This document shows, piece after piece, positions 1-11,637 of a DNA stretch of 62,422 bases (within the stretch, counting starts at the first letter, position 1; each line of letters opens with the position of its first letter). Made by a program: the position numbers and the translations under genes. The notes below the pieces were generated by a model, which made no database searches, had not been told where the DNA came from, and saw only the letters and a program-made list of their open reading frames with translations. This DNA is from an uncultured bacterium (lineage in GTDB: Bacteria; JAGOEH01): positions 62,001 through 124,422 of the forward strand of contig CAZWDO010000011.1 in assembly GCA_964632485.1 (NCBI GenBank). The letters are read 5' to 3'.

Positions 1-18
1 GCTTATCAGAAAAAGCGC

Positions 19-47
19 TTGCTTTTTGCCTAAAAATTAGTTATTAT
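19..47 (+). promoter_or_regulatory. sigma70-type promoter of tRNA-Arg
   Basis: TTGCTT (19-24), 17 bp spacer, TATTAT (42-47), 9 bp before the tRNA. Confidence 0.7.
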
Positions 48-56
48 TCAGAAAAT

Positions 57-129
<73 letters not shown>

Positions 130-686
130 TAATAGTTACCGTCTCCGCGCCTTATGACTGGCTGTGTAAATTATGGTACTATGTTGTAGCTGGGGGAGTT
201 GCTGCGCTTTCCCGGCTATATGGATTTTTCTCCACCTGTACTCTTACGGACACTAAAAATTAGATCAAAGCCTTCACTTGCCAGCCCATTAGCTACTGCA
301 ACAAAGAATTCTTTACCTTTGTAACCTATTCAATTCACTACTTCAAGCGCGAATTTGCCGGGTGGACTAAAAAAAATAATTTCTTTTAAGCTTTACAGTT
401 GCATAACTCAACAAAATGTATTAATATAAAAATTATCAGGAATCCTGCGATTCGTTGCTGAACGCGCGGGATGCGCCGTAATCAAGCAGTTGGTGGCAGG
501 AAGGTCGGGACTATTGTGTTTGCTCTGGCGCGGATTATCGACGGTGATGAGAAAAAATAAGGTCAACCGGTCAATTCAAACGCTCAACAATCTGAATACC
601 GGTTTTAATATCCCTGAAATTTTTTTTCAAAGAGACGGGAACAAATTTTTCAAGTGTCTTTTAATTAGAAAAAGGAGTGGATGTTT

Positions 687-728
687 ATGAGTGAAACCAG
701 AACGAAAAAACCGCTCGCAAAAAAGTGA
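687..728 (+). CDS. Short [16 protein letters not shown]; probably the out-of-frame N-terminus of CheB/CheR, or a coupling uORF
   Basis: AAGGAG RBS at 672-677; ATG 687; ends GCA AAA AAG TGA, overlapping GTG 725. Confidence 0.55.
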   Translation: MSETRTKKPLAKK

Positions 729-3700
729 ATACCGAAATAGTGGATAGCGGACTGGTAGTAGTGGGAATTGGCGCATCCGCCGGCGGGTTGGAAGCCCTTC
801 AGGAGTTTTTCAAGGCTATGCCGTCCACGACCGGAATCGCCTTTGTCGTCATCCAGCATCTTTCTCCCGATTACCGAAGTCTCATGGATGAATTACTGGC
901 TCGACAAACAACGATTCCGATACAAATTGCCATGGATGGCATGGCCGTGGAAGCGGATCATATTTACCTTATTCCCCCTGGGAAAAATATATCTATCTAT
1001 CATGAAAAGCTGTTTCTTGAAGAGCAGAGCCATCGAAAAGTTCCGAATCTACCGATCGACATCTTTCTCCGCTCCCTGGCCGCTGACAAAGGCAAGAATG
1101 CGATTGGCATTATCCTCTCGGGCACGGGCAGTGACGGGACGCTCGGCACCCGCGCCATCAAAGAAGCCGGAGGCATGATCATGGCGCAGGATGAGCATTC
1201 TGCTAAATTCGACGGTATGCCTAAGAGCTCGATTTCTACCGGATTGGTCGATTATATTTTAACCCCGGCTAAGATGCCCGAGGCGCTGATCAACTTTATC
1301 AAACATCCTTTTGTAAAAAAAAGCGAGAGTTTGGACCGCATCTTAGCGGAAAATATTGCTACCCTGACCAAGATCATCATCATTTTACGGGATTTCAGCG
1401 GCATCGATTTCTCCTACTATAAAGAAAACACCCTGATTCGGCGCCTGGAACGGCGCTTGAGCATCAACCGTTTCGATAGCATGGAACAATATCTGATTTT
1501 TCTTTCCGAATCCGATAAGGAAAAAGATATCCTCTACCGGGAATTGCTGATTGGAGTTACCCGGTTTTTCAGAGATCAGAAAGCGTTTGAGAGCATTGCC
1601 AAACATGTGTTGCCCGATTTATTGTCGAAAACGAGTTATCGGGTTTGGTCCGCGGCCTGTTCGACCGGTGAAGAAGTTTACTCTCTGGCGATGATGATTT
1701 ATGAGTTTCTGGATAAAAACAAACTGAATTGTGAAGTAAAGATTTTCGCGACCGATATTGACCGGCATTCCATTGAACTTGCCGGGCAGGGATTTTATCC
1801 CGACAGCATAGTCGCTGACGTGGACTCGACGTTTCTGACCAAATATTTCCACCGCAAGGAAAATGGGTATCAGGTCAATGAATTAATTCGCAAGATGATC
1901 ATTTTCGCCACACATAATCTGCTCAAAGATCCGCCCTTTTCCAAAATTGATCTGCTGGTATGCCGCAATCTCTTTATTTATCTAAAACCGGATGTCCAGA
2001 CTCGTTTACTGTCAATGTTTTATTACAGCATCAATCCCGACGGCTTTGTTTTTTTAGGAGGTAGCGAGACCATCGGCGAAATGAGCCAGGCCTTTGATTG
2101 TTTGGATACAAAGTGGAAGATTTACCGTTATAAAGCGGGATTCACGCCGCCCATCATCAAGGATATTCCTATACCGCGCATGGTAACACCTGATTTGGAG
2201 CGGGGGTTGCATCTGATGCCACGTACAGTGGATGGGATGCGTTTTGAGCGGTTGATGAATATCGTCATGGGAACCTTTCTTCCGCCCTCGGTGATTGTTG
2301 ACGCAAACGACAATATACTGCATGTCATCAATGATACCACGCCCTTCATCAAACCCCAACCGGGTCGCTTCTCACAGAATTTACTGAGCAATTTGCCCCA
2401 TGAATTGTCGCTTTTTGTAAGCGCCCTGCTTCGAAAAATGAAACGCAACGACAAGGAGATGGTTATAGAAAGCATCGTGGGCTTGAAAGGCTTCGAAAAA
2501 CATAAAATATCGATTGAAGGGCGGCAATTAACTACAGAACGCTCAACATTCTACATGATCAGCTTCTACCTGGATGACGCAGGAAGAAGCAAAACTCAAA
2601 CCGCGCCCGAACCTGTTGAATTGGATGAAAATTTTTTAAATAAGGTATCGGATCTCGAGAAGGAATTGCAGTTCACCAAGGAGAGCCTGCAGGCTACCAT
2701 CGAAGAGTTGGAAACCTCGAATGAGGAACTGCAATCAAGCAATGAAGAGCTGATCGCTTCCAATGAAGAATTGCAGAACACCAACGAGGAACTGCAATCC
2801 GTCAATGAAGAGCTTTATACTGTCAATTCTGAGTATCAGCTTAAGATTGATGAACTGACCCGCTTGAATAATGACGTAAACAATTTATTGAAAAACACCG
2901 AGGTAGGGGCGCTTTACCTCGATCGCAATCTGGCAATTCGAAAAATTACCCCACTGGTATCTAAAATCACAAATATTCGTCAAAGCGATTTGGGACGGCC
3001 GATCGCGCATCTGACGATTCTTCCGCATGACGAATCGCTGATCGAAGATATTCTGAAGGTGGGGGAAACCTTGCAGCCAATCGATCGAGAAATCGCCTAT
3101 CCCAACGGGTTGACCTATTTCGCGCGCATTCGTCCCTATCGTACGGAATTTAATGCCGTGGAAGGCATTTTGTTGACGTTTGTCGATGTAACCAATCTCA
3201 AAAAAGAAACCTTCCGCGCCGATTTGGCTGGCCTACGCTTAAAGGAAGCTCTTAAAATCGGAGAAATGGCCTGGTGGGAATGGGATGTTAAAACCGGAAA
3301 GGTGCTATTCGATGAACGTAAGGCCACCATGCTGGGATATCGAATAGAAGAATTTCCCACCGATGTATATGAGATTTGTAACCTGATCCATTCCAATGAT
3401 TACGAGTCAACCATGCGAAATATGCGTGACTATCTGGAAGGATTGAGCAAAGAGTGGAGCATGGCCTATCGCATCCGACGCAAAGACGGAAGATATAGCT
3501 GGTACTATGATCGGGGCTCGATTATCGAACGGGATGAGGAAGGCAAACCCCTGAAGTTGATCGGCACGGTCATTGAAATCAGTAAACTCAAAAAGCTCGA
3601 AGAAGAGTTGCGGCAAAGCCGCGAACTTCTTTCGACCATGCTGGACAATAGTCCAATCGCCCAAACCATGGTGGATGCAGAGGGTTGGATTACCTATGCC

Positions 3701-4000
3701 AATAGACAAGCCGAGGAAATCTTTGAAATCAGCCGTCAGGAAATCCTTACCCGTACTTATAATAGCGATAAATGGCGTATTCTCGATTTGCAAGGCAACG
3801 CCATTCCCCCGGATAAACTCCCCTTTTCCATCATCAAAGCGACGGGTCAATCGGTCAGAGGATTTGAGCATACAATCGAAATGCAGGGGAAGAAACCCTT
3901 GCGTCTTCTAATAGACGGTTGTCCCATTAAAAATGAAACTGGAGAGTTCAAGGGAGCCATCTTTACAATAGGAGTTAGAGAACATGAATCGAGAACATGA
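725..4000 (+). CDS. CheB methylesterase/CheR methyltransferase fusion with coiled coil and PAS domains
   Basis: CheB motifs [17 protein letters not shown]; CheR motifs [39 protein letters not shown] repeats; C-terminal PAS/PAC. Confidence 0.93.
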   Translation: MNTEIVDSGLVVVGIGASAGGLEALQEFFKAMPSTTGIAFVVIQHLSPDYRSLMDELLARQTTIPIQIAMDGMAVEADHIYLIPPGKNISIYHEKLFLEEQSHRKVPNLPIDIFLRSLAADKGKNAIGIILSGTGSDGTLGTRAIKEAGGMIMAQDEHSAKFDGMPKSSISTGLVDYILTPAKMPEALINFIKHPFVKKSESLDRILAENIATLTKIIIILRDFSGIDFSYYKENTLIRRLERRLSINRFDSMEQYLIFLSESDKEKDILYRELLIGVTRFFRDQKAFESIAKHVLPDLLSKTSYRVWSAACSTGEEVYSLAMMIYEFLDKNKLNCEVKIFATDIDRHSIELAGQGFYPDSIVADVDSTFLTKYFHRKENGYQVNELIRKMIIFATHNLLKDPPFSKIDLLVCRNLFIYLKPDVQTRLLSMFYYSINPDGFVFLGGSETIGEMSQAFDCLDTKWKIYRYKAGFTPPIIKDIPIPRMVTPDLERGLHLMPRTVDGMRFERLMNIVMGTFLPPSVIVDANDNILHVINDTTPFIKPQPGRFSQNLLSNLPHELSLFVSALLRKMKRNDKEMVIESIVGLKGFEKHKISIEGRQLTTERSTFYMISFYLDDAGRSKTQTAPEPVELDENFLNKVSDLEKELQFTKESLQATIEELETSNEELQSSNEELIASNEELQNTNEELQSVNEELYTVNSEYQLKIDELTRLNNDVNNLLKNTEVGALYLDRNLAIRKITPLVSKITNIRQSDLGRPIAHLTILPHDESLIEDILKVGETLQPIDREIAYPNGLTYFARIRPYRTEFNAVEGILLTFVDVTNLKKETFRADLAGLRLKEALKIGEMAWWEWDVKTGKVLFDERKATMLGYRIEEFPTDVYEICNLIHSNDYESTMRNMRDYLEGLSKEWSMAYRIRRKDGRYSWYYDRGSIIERDEEGKPLKLIGTVIEISKLKKLEEELRQSRELLSTMLDNSPIAQTMVDAEGWITYANRQAEEIFEISRQEILTRTYNSDKWRILDLQGNAIPPDKLPFSIIKATGQSVRGFEHTIEMQGKKPLRLLIDGCPIKNETGEFKGAIFTIGVREHESRT

Positions 4001-6563
4001 CCCTACCGAATATCTTCGTCGTCGCATTGAGGATACCCTACGCGATTATCGCAAAGGGGTCGAACCCGGTGGAAAAAGCCTGGAAGAATTATTAGAGGAA
4101 TTGAATATCTATCATCAGGAATTGCAGTTTCAGAACGAGGAACTGTCCCGTATCCGACAGGATTTAGAAATCTCGCAAAAGCATTTCGCTGATTTATTCG
4201 ATAACGCCCCTATTGGCTATGTGACGTATAATTCGGAACTGATCATTGAGTCCGTCAATCGTAAATTCGCCGCCATGGTGGATATTGAACGACATGAACA
4301 AGGACGGATTGCGATTACCACGTTTATCCGCGCCGATGTTCAGGACACATTCTATTTTCATATCCAGGCGCTTCTGAAAACCCGGCTGCCTCAAAGCTGC
4401 CAATTGATACTCAGGGGCAAACGTCAGGAATTGCCGGTTAAAATCGAGAGCAATATTTGGCAAGCCGGCGAAAAGATTGTCATTCGCAGCGGCGTGGTCG
4501 ATCTTTCCAGGGAGAAAGAACATGAAGAACTGGCAGAACGCTTGAACAATGAACTATCCAAGGCGAATCGCCAACTGGCCGAAAAGATTGATGAGCTGGA
4601 AGACTATAAGCAACGGTTGGAAGCGACAATGCGTTCGGGAAACATCGCCTGGTGGCAGATGAATGCCATATCCGGCGAAGTAAAATTCAACGAACAAAAA
4701 GCATATATGCTGGGATTTTCCCCCGAACGCTTCACTAATTATAAAGACTTTACCGAACTGGTGCATCCCGATGACTATGAGCTCATGATGCAAAATATGC
4801 TGGATTACCTCAATGGAAAGTCAGCGCTGTACAAAGTGGATTATCGAATCAAAACAGCGAATGGCGAATATAAGTGGTTTCAGGATATCGGAATCATTAC
4901 CTCCAGGACAGAAGAGGGCGCTCCCTGGATGCTAACCGGAGTGGTGGCCGACATCATGGAACGCAAGAATTTCGAGCAAGCCCTGATTCGGACCAGGGAT
5001 GAAGCTGAGAAGGCAAACAGAGCGAAATCGGAATTTCTGGCGAACATGAGCCATGAAATCCGCACCCCGCTCAATGGCGTGATCGGTTTTACCGAACTGC
5101 TCCTGAATACGAAAATGAGCGACGAACAGTATGAATATGCACGTCATGCCAACTCCTCCGCCAATTCGCTACTGGAAATCATTAATGATATTCTTGATTT
5201 CTCTAAAATCGAGGCGGGGAAACTTGAATTAGAGGAAATTACTACGGACCTGATTGATTTATTGGAAAAAACCGCAGACATGTTCCGTTATACCGCCGCA
5301 AAAAAAAAATTGGAACTAAGGGTAAATCAGTCGCCCGATTTGCCTCGATTCGCCGTGGTGGACCCAGTTCGATTACGTCAAATTTTAGCCAATCTGCTCA
5401 GTAATGCCGTGAAATTTACCGAAAGCGGTTATATTGAAATGAATACAAGCTTTAGTCCGGATCAAGAGAATCCCCGGCTGGGACATTTTATATTTACCGT
5501 TCGCGATACCGGCATCGGTATTTCTCCGAACAAGTTGAATAAATTGTTCAAGGCGTTTTCCCAGGCCGATGCCTCCACCACTCGCAAATATGGCGGCACG
5601 GGTCTCGGACTGGTCATCTCCAACAAACTGGCCCAAAAAATGGGCGGCCAAATCGAGCTGGTCAGCGAACCCGGACAGGGCAGCTCATTTTCGTTGACTA
5701 TGATAAAAGAGTTTTATCTGGTATTACAAACACCTCTGAAATCTGAATTGGATTCTCAAATGGAAAATAAGCCTGAGAAAATGCCAGCGGCCATTTTTGA
5801 AGGAACTATCCTGATTGCTGAAGATGTCTATATCAATATGAAGCTGATAAAAATTATGGTCAAAAAGTATTTACAGAGCGCAATTCTGATTGAAGCGGTC
5901 GATGGAGAAAAGGCAGTCGAATTATTCAAACAACATTCCCCGAATCTGATATTGATGGATGTGCAAATGCCTAAAATGGATGGGCATGCGGCAACCCGCG
6001 CCATCCGGGAACTGGAGATCGATAGCGGCGGCCATGTTCCGATTGTTGCCTTAACCGCCGGCGCCTTTTCCGAGGAAAAAGAAAAATGTCTTCAAGTCGG
6101 CATGGACGATTATCTTTCGAAACCGATCGATGAAACCGAACTTCGGCAAATGCTGGCTAAATACCTACATGCCAATATGGCGCTGAGCGGCACATTTTCT
6201 CCTGCGGACGCTTCAGATTCTATGCATTTCAATCAAAAAGAATTTAAAAAACGTATCAATAATTCGGACGATATCTATTATAAAGTCCTTGAAAGCGTAG
6301 GCGCTCTTTATCAGGAATATTTCCATGAATTGGACCAGGTCGTCGCCCAGGAAAACCGGGAGCGTTTTAATGCCGTTCTGCATAAAATCAAAGGATCGGC
6401 GCTAAGTATGAATTTCGATCGGCTGGGAGAATTGTGCAGTCAAAATTTTGCTCCCCAAACCTCAAAAACAGATGCTTGGAAGGATTTCTGGCGAATTCTG
6501 CAAGAGGAATGGCGCAAAATCCAGACGGAAATTGAATTGGAATTGCTAAAGAAGCGCTCCTGA
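3984..6563 (+). CDS. Hybrid sensor histidine kinase (PAS-PAS-HisKA-HATPase-REC-Hpt)
   Basis: FLANMSHEIRTPLNG, NLLSNAVKFT, DTGIG, GGTGLGL, LMDVQMP, Hpt-like HKIKGSA. Confidence 0.93.
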   Translation: MNREHDPTEYLRRRIEDTLRDYRKGVEPGGKSLEELLEELNIYHQELQFQNEELSRIRQDLEISQKHFADLFDNAPIGYVTYNSELIIESVNRKFAAMVDIERHEQGRIAITTFIRADVQDTFYFHIQALLKTRLPQSCQLILRGKRQELPVKIESNIWQAGEKIVIRSGVVDLSREKEHEELAERLNNELSKANRQLAEKIDELEDYKQRLEATMRSGNIAWWQMNAISGEVKFNEQKAYMLGFSPERFTNYKDFTELVHPDDYELMMQNMLDYLNGKSALYKVDYRIKTANGEYKWFQDIGIITSRTEEGAPWMLTGVVADIMERKNFEQALIRTRDEAEKANRAKSEFLANMSHEIRTPLNGVIGFTELLLNTKMSDEQYEYARHANSSANSLLEIINDILDFSKIEAGKLELEEITTDLIDLLEKTADMFRYTAAKKKLELRVNQSPDLPRFAVVDPVRLRQILANLLSNAVKFTESGYIEMNTSFSPDQENPRLGHFIFTVRDTGIGISPNKLNKLFKAFSQADASTTRKYGGTGLGLVISNKLAQKMGGQIELVSEPGQGSSFSLTMIKEFYLVLQTPLKSELDSQMENKPEKMPAAIFEGTILIAEDVYINMKLIKIMVKKYLQSAILIEAVDGEKAVELFKQHSPNLILMDVQMPKMDGHAATRAIRELEIDSGGHVPIVALTAGAFSEEKEKCLQVGMDDYLSKPIDETELRQMLAKYLHANMALSGTFSPADASDSMHFNQKEFKKRINNSDDIYYKVLESVGALYQEYFHELDQVVAQENRERFNAVLHKIKGSALSMNFDRLGELCSQNFAPQTSKTDAWKDFWRILQEEWRKIQTEIELELLKKRS

Positions 6564-6684
6564 TTCGCAACAACGAACTTATGGAACAAATGACAATAAT
6601 TAAACGTAACTATTTTCTATGTAGAGCTTGATTTTTTCCCAATTTTTTTTATGTTAGCAGTAACGCCATATCAAGGAGCTGTAA

Positions 6685-8649
6685 ATGAAGAAGCGTCTAT
6701 CGATTCGTGGAAAAATATTTTCGGCGATTTTTTCTGTTTTTGTGCTTTGCTATGTGGTAACCATCGCGATTATTTATTTTCAAGTGAAAAAGATCATCAA
6801 TAACGGCATCAGGGCCGAAATAAAAGAAACGGCTCAAGTTCACGCCTTAAAGATAAAACATGATATCGACCGGGCGTTTCTGGTAGCCGGGGTGCTGGCG
6901 CGAAGTTTTTCCGATCTGGAAAGTTTTCCGGTGGATACTCGCCGGACTATTTTTTTTAGTATGTTGCGTAAACAACTGGAAGAGACTCCCGATTTTTTAG
7001 CTGTTTGGTCAATTTGGGATACCAATTCGCTGGATGGACTGGATCATAAATATCGCAACACAGTTCATGGCAACGATCGCGGCCGTCCGGACATGGCGTT
7101 CTATCGGGTCGATGGCGTTATCAAACCGGAATTTGATAAGGTTCCTGATGATGAATTGTTTAAAGAGGATTATGTACGCATTCCCTGGATACGCCGAAAA
7201 GAAGTTATTCTGGATCCCTATTTTTATGCTTATTCCGAAGAAAAAAGCGACGAAATCCTGGAAACCAGCGTCATTGTTCCGATCTGGGCGGATGAGCGTA
7301 TGCTGGGAATAGTCGGTATCGATATTGCATTGGATTATTTTCAAAAAGTGATTCGGGAAATACAACCCTATCCTGGTAGTCATGCCTCGTTGATCACAGA
7401 AGCGGGATTTTTTATCGGGTATTCAGCATCGAATGATATAGTGGGAAAGAGGACTGAAAATATAGAACATTCGGAGGAATGGGCGGATGCCAGAATTCTT
7501 GCGAGCATGGCCGGACAAAAAAGCGATACGATCATAGCATTCCATTCCCAGACATTGGATGAACAAGTTTTGAATTTCATCACTCCCTTTTCCATTAGTG
7601 GTTCTGATGCATATTGGACATTATCCATCTGTGTTCCGGAACGGGAAGTTTTTCTACGGGCGCGAGGATTGATGAAATTACTGTTGGGAATTGCATTGGC
7701 CGTCAGTGTGATTTTGCTGGGGTTGTTATACTGGTTGGCAACCCACCTTACTCGGCCACTGGCTCATCTGACCGAAAAAATCAGTTTGTGCGCCGAAGGC
7801 GATTTACAGGTGCGAACTCAATTGGATCAAACTGACGAGGTGGGTGACTTGAGCCGTTCATTGGATGGATTTTTCGATCGCCTCCAGCAGCATATTAAAT
7901 CGATCCGAATGGTATCAGAGGCATTGACAGCCGCAATGAGTGAAATCAGCGATGCGGTAGGAATGCAATCCCGGACATCTCAACAACAGGCTACCGCCAT
8001 TGAGCAAATCAGCGCCTCTTTAGTCGCGATAACCGAGGGGTGCCGCTCGAATGTCAATCGAGTGCGGCAATCCGCGCAAGAATCCCGGACCGCCGCGGAT
8101 TCCGCCGAATCCGGAACGAAAATCGCCAACGAAACCGTGTCCATGATGAACCAGATTATCGCAAGTAACCAGGCGATTTCATCAATTACCAACATGGTAA
8201 ACGAGATCGCCTTTCAGACTAACCTGCTGGCGCTAAATGCCGCGGTGGAAGCAGCTCGAGCCGGTGAACAAGGCAAAGGATTTGCCGTGGTCGCCGCCGA
8301 AGTCCGCGCGCTGGCTCATCGCTCGACAAGTTCCGCGAATGAAATAAAAAAATTGCTGGCTGAGAATTCGACTCTGGTTCAGGAAGGATTCAACATCGTT
8401 CGTCAATCGACCGGATTGTTCGAGGAAATACAAAAAACAGTCAAGCATATAGCCGATGAGTTGATTTCCTTTCGGGATAATTCTGTAGCCGAGCTGGACG
8501 CTATTCAACAGATCACATTGGCGATACGCGAAATGAACGATGGTCTGCAGGGCGCGGCCAAACAGACCGAAAATCTTGGGAGTATGAGCGAAGAAATAGA
8601 ACGCCATGCCAGCCAATTGGCCGAAATCAGCGCGCAATTCACTGTTTAG
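6685..8649 (+). CDS. Methyl-accepting chemotaxis protein, Cache sensor plus HAMP
   Basis: Two TM helices; Cache-like DPY...[46 protein letters not shown]. Confidence 0.94.
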   Translation: MKKRLSIRGKIFSAIFSVFVLCYVVTIAIIYFQVKKIINNGIRAEIKETAQVHALKIKHDIDRAFLVAGVLARSFSDLESFPVDTRRTIFFSMLRKQLEETPDFLAVWSIWDTNSLDGLDHKYRNTVHGNDRGRPDMAFYRVDGVIKPEFDKVPDDELFKEDYVRIPWIRRKEVILDPYFYAYSEEKSDEILETSVIVPIWADERMLGIVGIDIALDYFQKVIREIQPYPGSHASLITEAGFFIGYSASNDIVGKRTENIEHSEEWADARILASMAGQKSDTIIAFHSQTLDEQVLNFITPFSISGSDAYWTLSICVPEREVFLRARGLMKLLLGIALAVSVILLGLLYWLATHLTRPLAHLTEKISLCAEGDLQVRTQLDQTDEVGDLSRSLDGFFDRLQQHIKSIRMVSEALTAAMSEISDAVGMQSRTSQQQATAIEQISASLVAITEGCRSNVNRVRQSAQESRTAADSAESGTKIANETVSMMNQIIASNQAISSITNMVNEIAFQTNLLALNAAVEAARAGEQGKGFAVVAAEVRALAHRSTSSANEIKKLLAENSTLVQEGFNIVRQSTGLFEEIQKTVKHIADELISFRDNSVAELDAIQQITLAIREMNDGLQGAAKQTENLGSMSEEIERHASQLAEISAQFTV

Positions 8650-8874
8650 AATCAGACGCTTTGAGTAAAGTAAACAAAATAGAGAAAACCAATATTAAAA
8701 TAATAACGCTAAGCGGGTTAAAATAATCATCAGGCTAATTCAAATGTAATATATAGCTGTTTATTTAATTTTAATACTTGATATTCACTGTATAAAACTG
8801 TATAATTTAAATTATGGCAATAAATTAACAAAAACTGATTGTTACATATTAATCAAAGTTGATCATTAAATAGT

Positions 8875-10401
8875 TTAAAACTTAAAAATTTCTTGAACCT
8901 CTTTCATTTTTAAACTGGATTCGTTAAAACTTTTAATCAATCCGAATGTTACAGGCACTCCTGTTTCTAAGCGACTAGCAGTTTCAGAAGAAATAGTACT
9001 TTTACTGAAAGGTACCCTTTTAACATATTCCTGAATAAATCCTTCATCACGGCCATATTTATAATCATAGGTAAAATTCCCCAATGAATCAAGTTGAACA
9101 TTCTCATTAAGCTTATTGGGTACGCTAATATAAAACTCACTTTTTGAAAGATCTGATGAATTATAAAGCCCCAGACTTTTAAGATATTCATAAAGTTCTT
9201 TAGCTGTATTTTGCGCAGGATCAATGAGTTTTATATTTGGTGTCATAATTTTTCGATAGACAAATTGACCATTTTCAGTATAGTTATAAAGCTGTTGCAG
9301 CTTTTTTATAAAAATTTCTTTAAAAAAAGGATAATGAGTGCAACCCAGAATAATAGCTTTTAATGGTTGCGCCTGATCATGTTTGCTGATCTTTTCCAGT
9401 AAGGAAACTAAATGATAAGAAATATAATTATTGATAGAATTTATTTGGATATTCTGTGGATTTTCTTTATTTCCATCAAAAAGCATCCTATTATTTTCCC
9501 AATCAAATCCATAACGGCTGAGTATAGAAGTATCAATTGATGCATCGGGATGCGCAAGGCCAGGTCCTTTATACTCCTTTCTTGGTTTTGTGGCATCAAA
9601 CGATATATGCTCAATTAAACCGTCAATTGCTCCGGCAAGACCGATCCCTGCTTGCTGAAAGACCGAAATATCGCCGGAAAAATCTCTTTCTCTCTTGTGC
9701 GAATTAATAGCATTCACATATCCCATTGATGATACAGTCCCCGCCGTAGCCATGACAGCAATACTGCCATTCTCAGTCTTACTAAAAAAATCTAAAGCCG
9801 CTTTAACACCCGCATCTATGACGCCTATGACCTTAATATTCAAATCAGCGCGTTGGAGAAACCGTTCTATATCACTTTTCCCATAGGCAGTAGCTGTATT
9901 GCAAGCAATTACTATCACTTTAACTGGTTGTTTATCAATTTTGTACTCATTATCTCCAGCATTGAGATAATATTTATTGCCCATCAGAAATTGCATATTT
10001 TTGATAATATGTTCTTTTAAAAGAGATTCTTTATTCTTTCCCGGGTATTCTCCATAAGGCATATTCGCTTGATCACCAAGGTAAATAAAACTTTCAGATT
10101 TAAAATCACTGATTCCATCACCACTAACAATATATTCATGATTTTCATTATTGAACTCATCAAATTTTAAAATTTGTTCAAGAACCGTAAGTCCCCCTGT
10201 GCCGGAATCAAATATTCCAATAGGAAGATATTTGCTCTGTGCCGGATAATTCTTTATATCCAGATAAAAAAAATTATCCTGTTTCATCAAGATTACATTT
10301 TCAATATTGGATCGGGACTTAAATAAATTGGTATGGCATCCGGCAATGCATAAAAATATTAAAAAGAATACACAAAATCTTATTTTACTTGTTTTTAACA
10401 T
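8875..10401 (-). CDS. Asp/Glu racemase family protein, enlarged, predicted lipoprotein
   Basis: MurI-like IGIFDSGTGGLTV, GDQANMPYG, IACNTATA, ILGCTHYP; hydrophobic N-terminus ending IAGC (Cys22). Confidence 0.8.
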   Translation of the reverse strand: MLKTSKIRFCVFFLIFLCIAGCHTNLFKSRSNIENVILMKQDNFFYLDIKNYPAQSKYLPIGIFDSGTGGLTVLEQILKFDEFNNENHEYIVSGDGISDFKSESFIYLGDQANMPYGEYPGKNKESLLKEHIIKNMQFLMGNKYYLNAGDNEYKIDKQPVKVIVIACNTATAYGKSDIERFLQRADLNIKVIGVIDAGVKAALDFFSKTENGSIAVMATAGTVSSMGYVNAINSHKRERDFSGDISVFQQAGIGLAGAIDGLIEHISFDATKPRKEYKGPGLAHPDASIDTSILSRYGFDWENNRMLFDGNKENPQNIQINSINNYISYHLVSLLEKISKHDQAQPLKAIILGCTHYPFFKEIFIKKLQQLYNYTENGQFVYRKIMTPNIKLIDPAQNTAKELYEYLKSLGLYNSSDLSKSEFYISVPNKLNENVQLDSLGNFTYDYKYGRDEGFIQEYVKRVPFSKSTISSETASRLETGVPVTFGLIKSFNESSLKMKEVQEIFKF

Positions 10402-10446
10402 TATTCATCAACCCTTGAAGTACAACATCATTATGTGTTGCGCTGG

Positions 10447-11511
10447 CTATTTTTTTTTATTGATTTCTTTTTTATAATTTTTTACAATTTTTCCTAATTC
10501 TTTATCCTTTTTCCGTCTATCCGCAACTGTGGATTTAAAATAGGCATTCTCTCTTTCCATTTTCAGGTAATTTTCGTATGTAGCGATGTCAATTTCTCCT
10601 TTTTTCACGGCTTCGAGTACCGAACAACCGACCTCATGAGTGTGAGCGCAATCTTTAAACTTACAATTTTGAGAAATGGCGTCAATTATATCGAATGTAA
10701 TTTCCAATCCGCTTGTTGCATCGGCAATACCCACTTCTCTCATTCCCGGATTGTCAACCAATATTCCGCCATTTTCCAGAATTATTAATTCCCTGTGACT
10801 TGTAATATGCCGCCCTTTATTTGTACTCTGACTTAGAGTATCCGTTCGCATAATACTCGCGCCCGAAAGATTATTTAACAGTGTAGATTTCCCAACCCCT
10901 GAAGAACCCAGCATACAATATGTTTTCCCTTTTTCAATAGTGGCTTTAATTCTATCGTACCCATCCTGTGTCTCGTTACTGATTGCAATAATCGGAACAT
11001 CTTTAATCCGTAATTTCAGATGACTGATTATCTCAAAAATCTGCTGCTCATCTATTAAATCAATCTTAGTGAGTACAATAACGGGGCTAACTTTTGATGA
11101 ATTACAAATGGTCAGGTATCTTTCAAGTCTATTGATATTAAAATCTCTATCTACAGCCTGGACTAAAAAAGCATAATCAATATTAGTGGCAATAATCTGA
11201 ATCTCACCAAATTTTTCTACCGCCTGCCTTTTTATAATTGAGAATCTGGGCAGTATTTTATAAATAATCGCAAAATCAGAGTCATAAGTTTTTAACGCAA
11301 CCCAATCACCTACTGCGGGGAAATCTTCACGATTTTTAGCAGTAAAGCGCAAGTTTCCGGTTATCTCGGCTTCAAATTCCCCTTTTGTTGTTTTGCTAAT
11401 GTATCGTTCCTTATGTTCCGCAATAATCCTACCTATTTCAAAGCTATCCAGATTTTGCTCTATTCTGGACTTTTCAAGTATGTCATTATAACCAAGGTCT
11501 TCTAATTTCAT
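10447..11511 (-). CDS. rsgA: Ribosome small subunit-dependent GTPase A (start moved to MKLEDLG)
   Basis: PAVGDWV, TKID, GSSGVGKSTL, GRHIT, DNPGMRE, zinc motif CKFKDCAHTHEVGC; promoter at 11638-11665 excludes the 11655 start. Confidence 0.92.
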   Translation of the reverse strand: MKLEDLGYNDILEKSRIEQNLDSFEIGRIIAEHKERYISKTTKGEFEAEITGNLRFTAKNREDFPAVGDWVALKTYDSDFAIIYKILPRFSIIKRQAVEKFGEIQIIATNIDYAFLVQAVDRDFNINRLERYLTICNSSKVSPVIVLTKIDLIDEQQIFEIISHLKLRIKDVPIIAISNETQDGYDRIKATIEKGKTYCMLGSSGVGKSTLLNNLSGASIMRTDTLSQSTNKGRHITSHRELIILENGGILVDNPGMREVGIADATSGLEITFDIIDAISQNCKFKDCAHTHEVGCSVLEAVKKGEIDIATYENYLKMERENAYFKSTVADRRKKDKELGKIVKNYKKEINKKK

Positions 11512-11637
11512 TTGAGTATCTCTTTGGCATAGATTGCGTTTAATCCAAACCATTATCATTGATTTTACGTCACCAGCCGATGCTGTTAGTCCGTCAATGG
11601 AATGGCAAATAGAAACCTTACAAATTCTAATACCTAT

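Noticed and set aside
2690-2830. Repeated AATGAAGA-like units as a DNA repeat or CRISPR
   Set aside because: These encode the normal NEELQS heptad coiled coil of CheB/CheR fusions.
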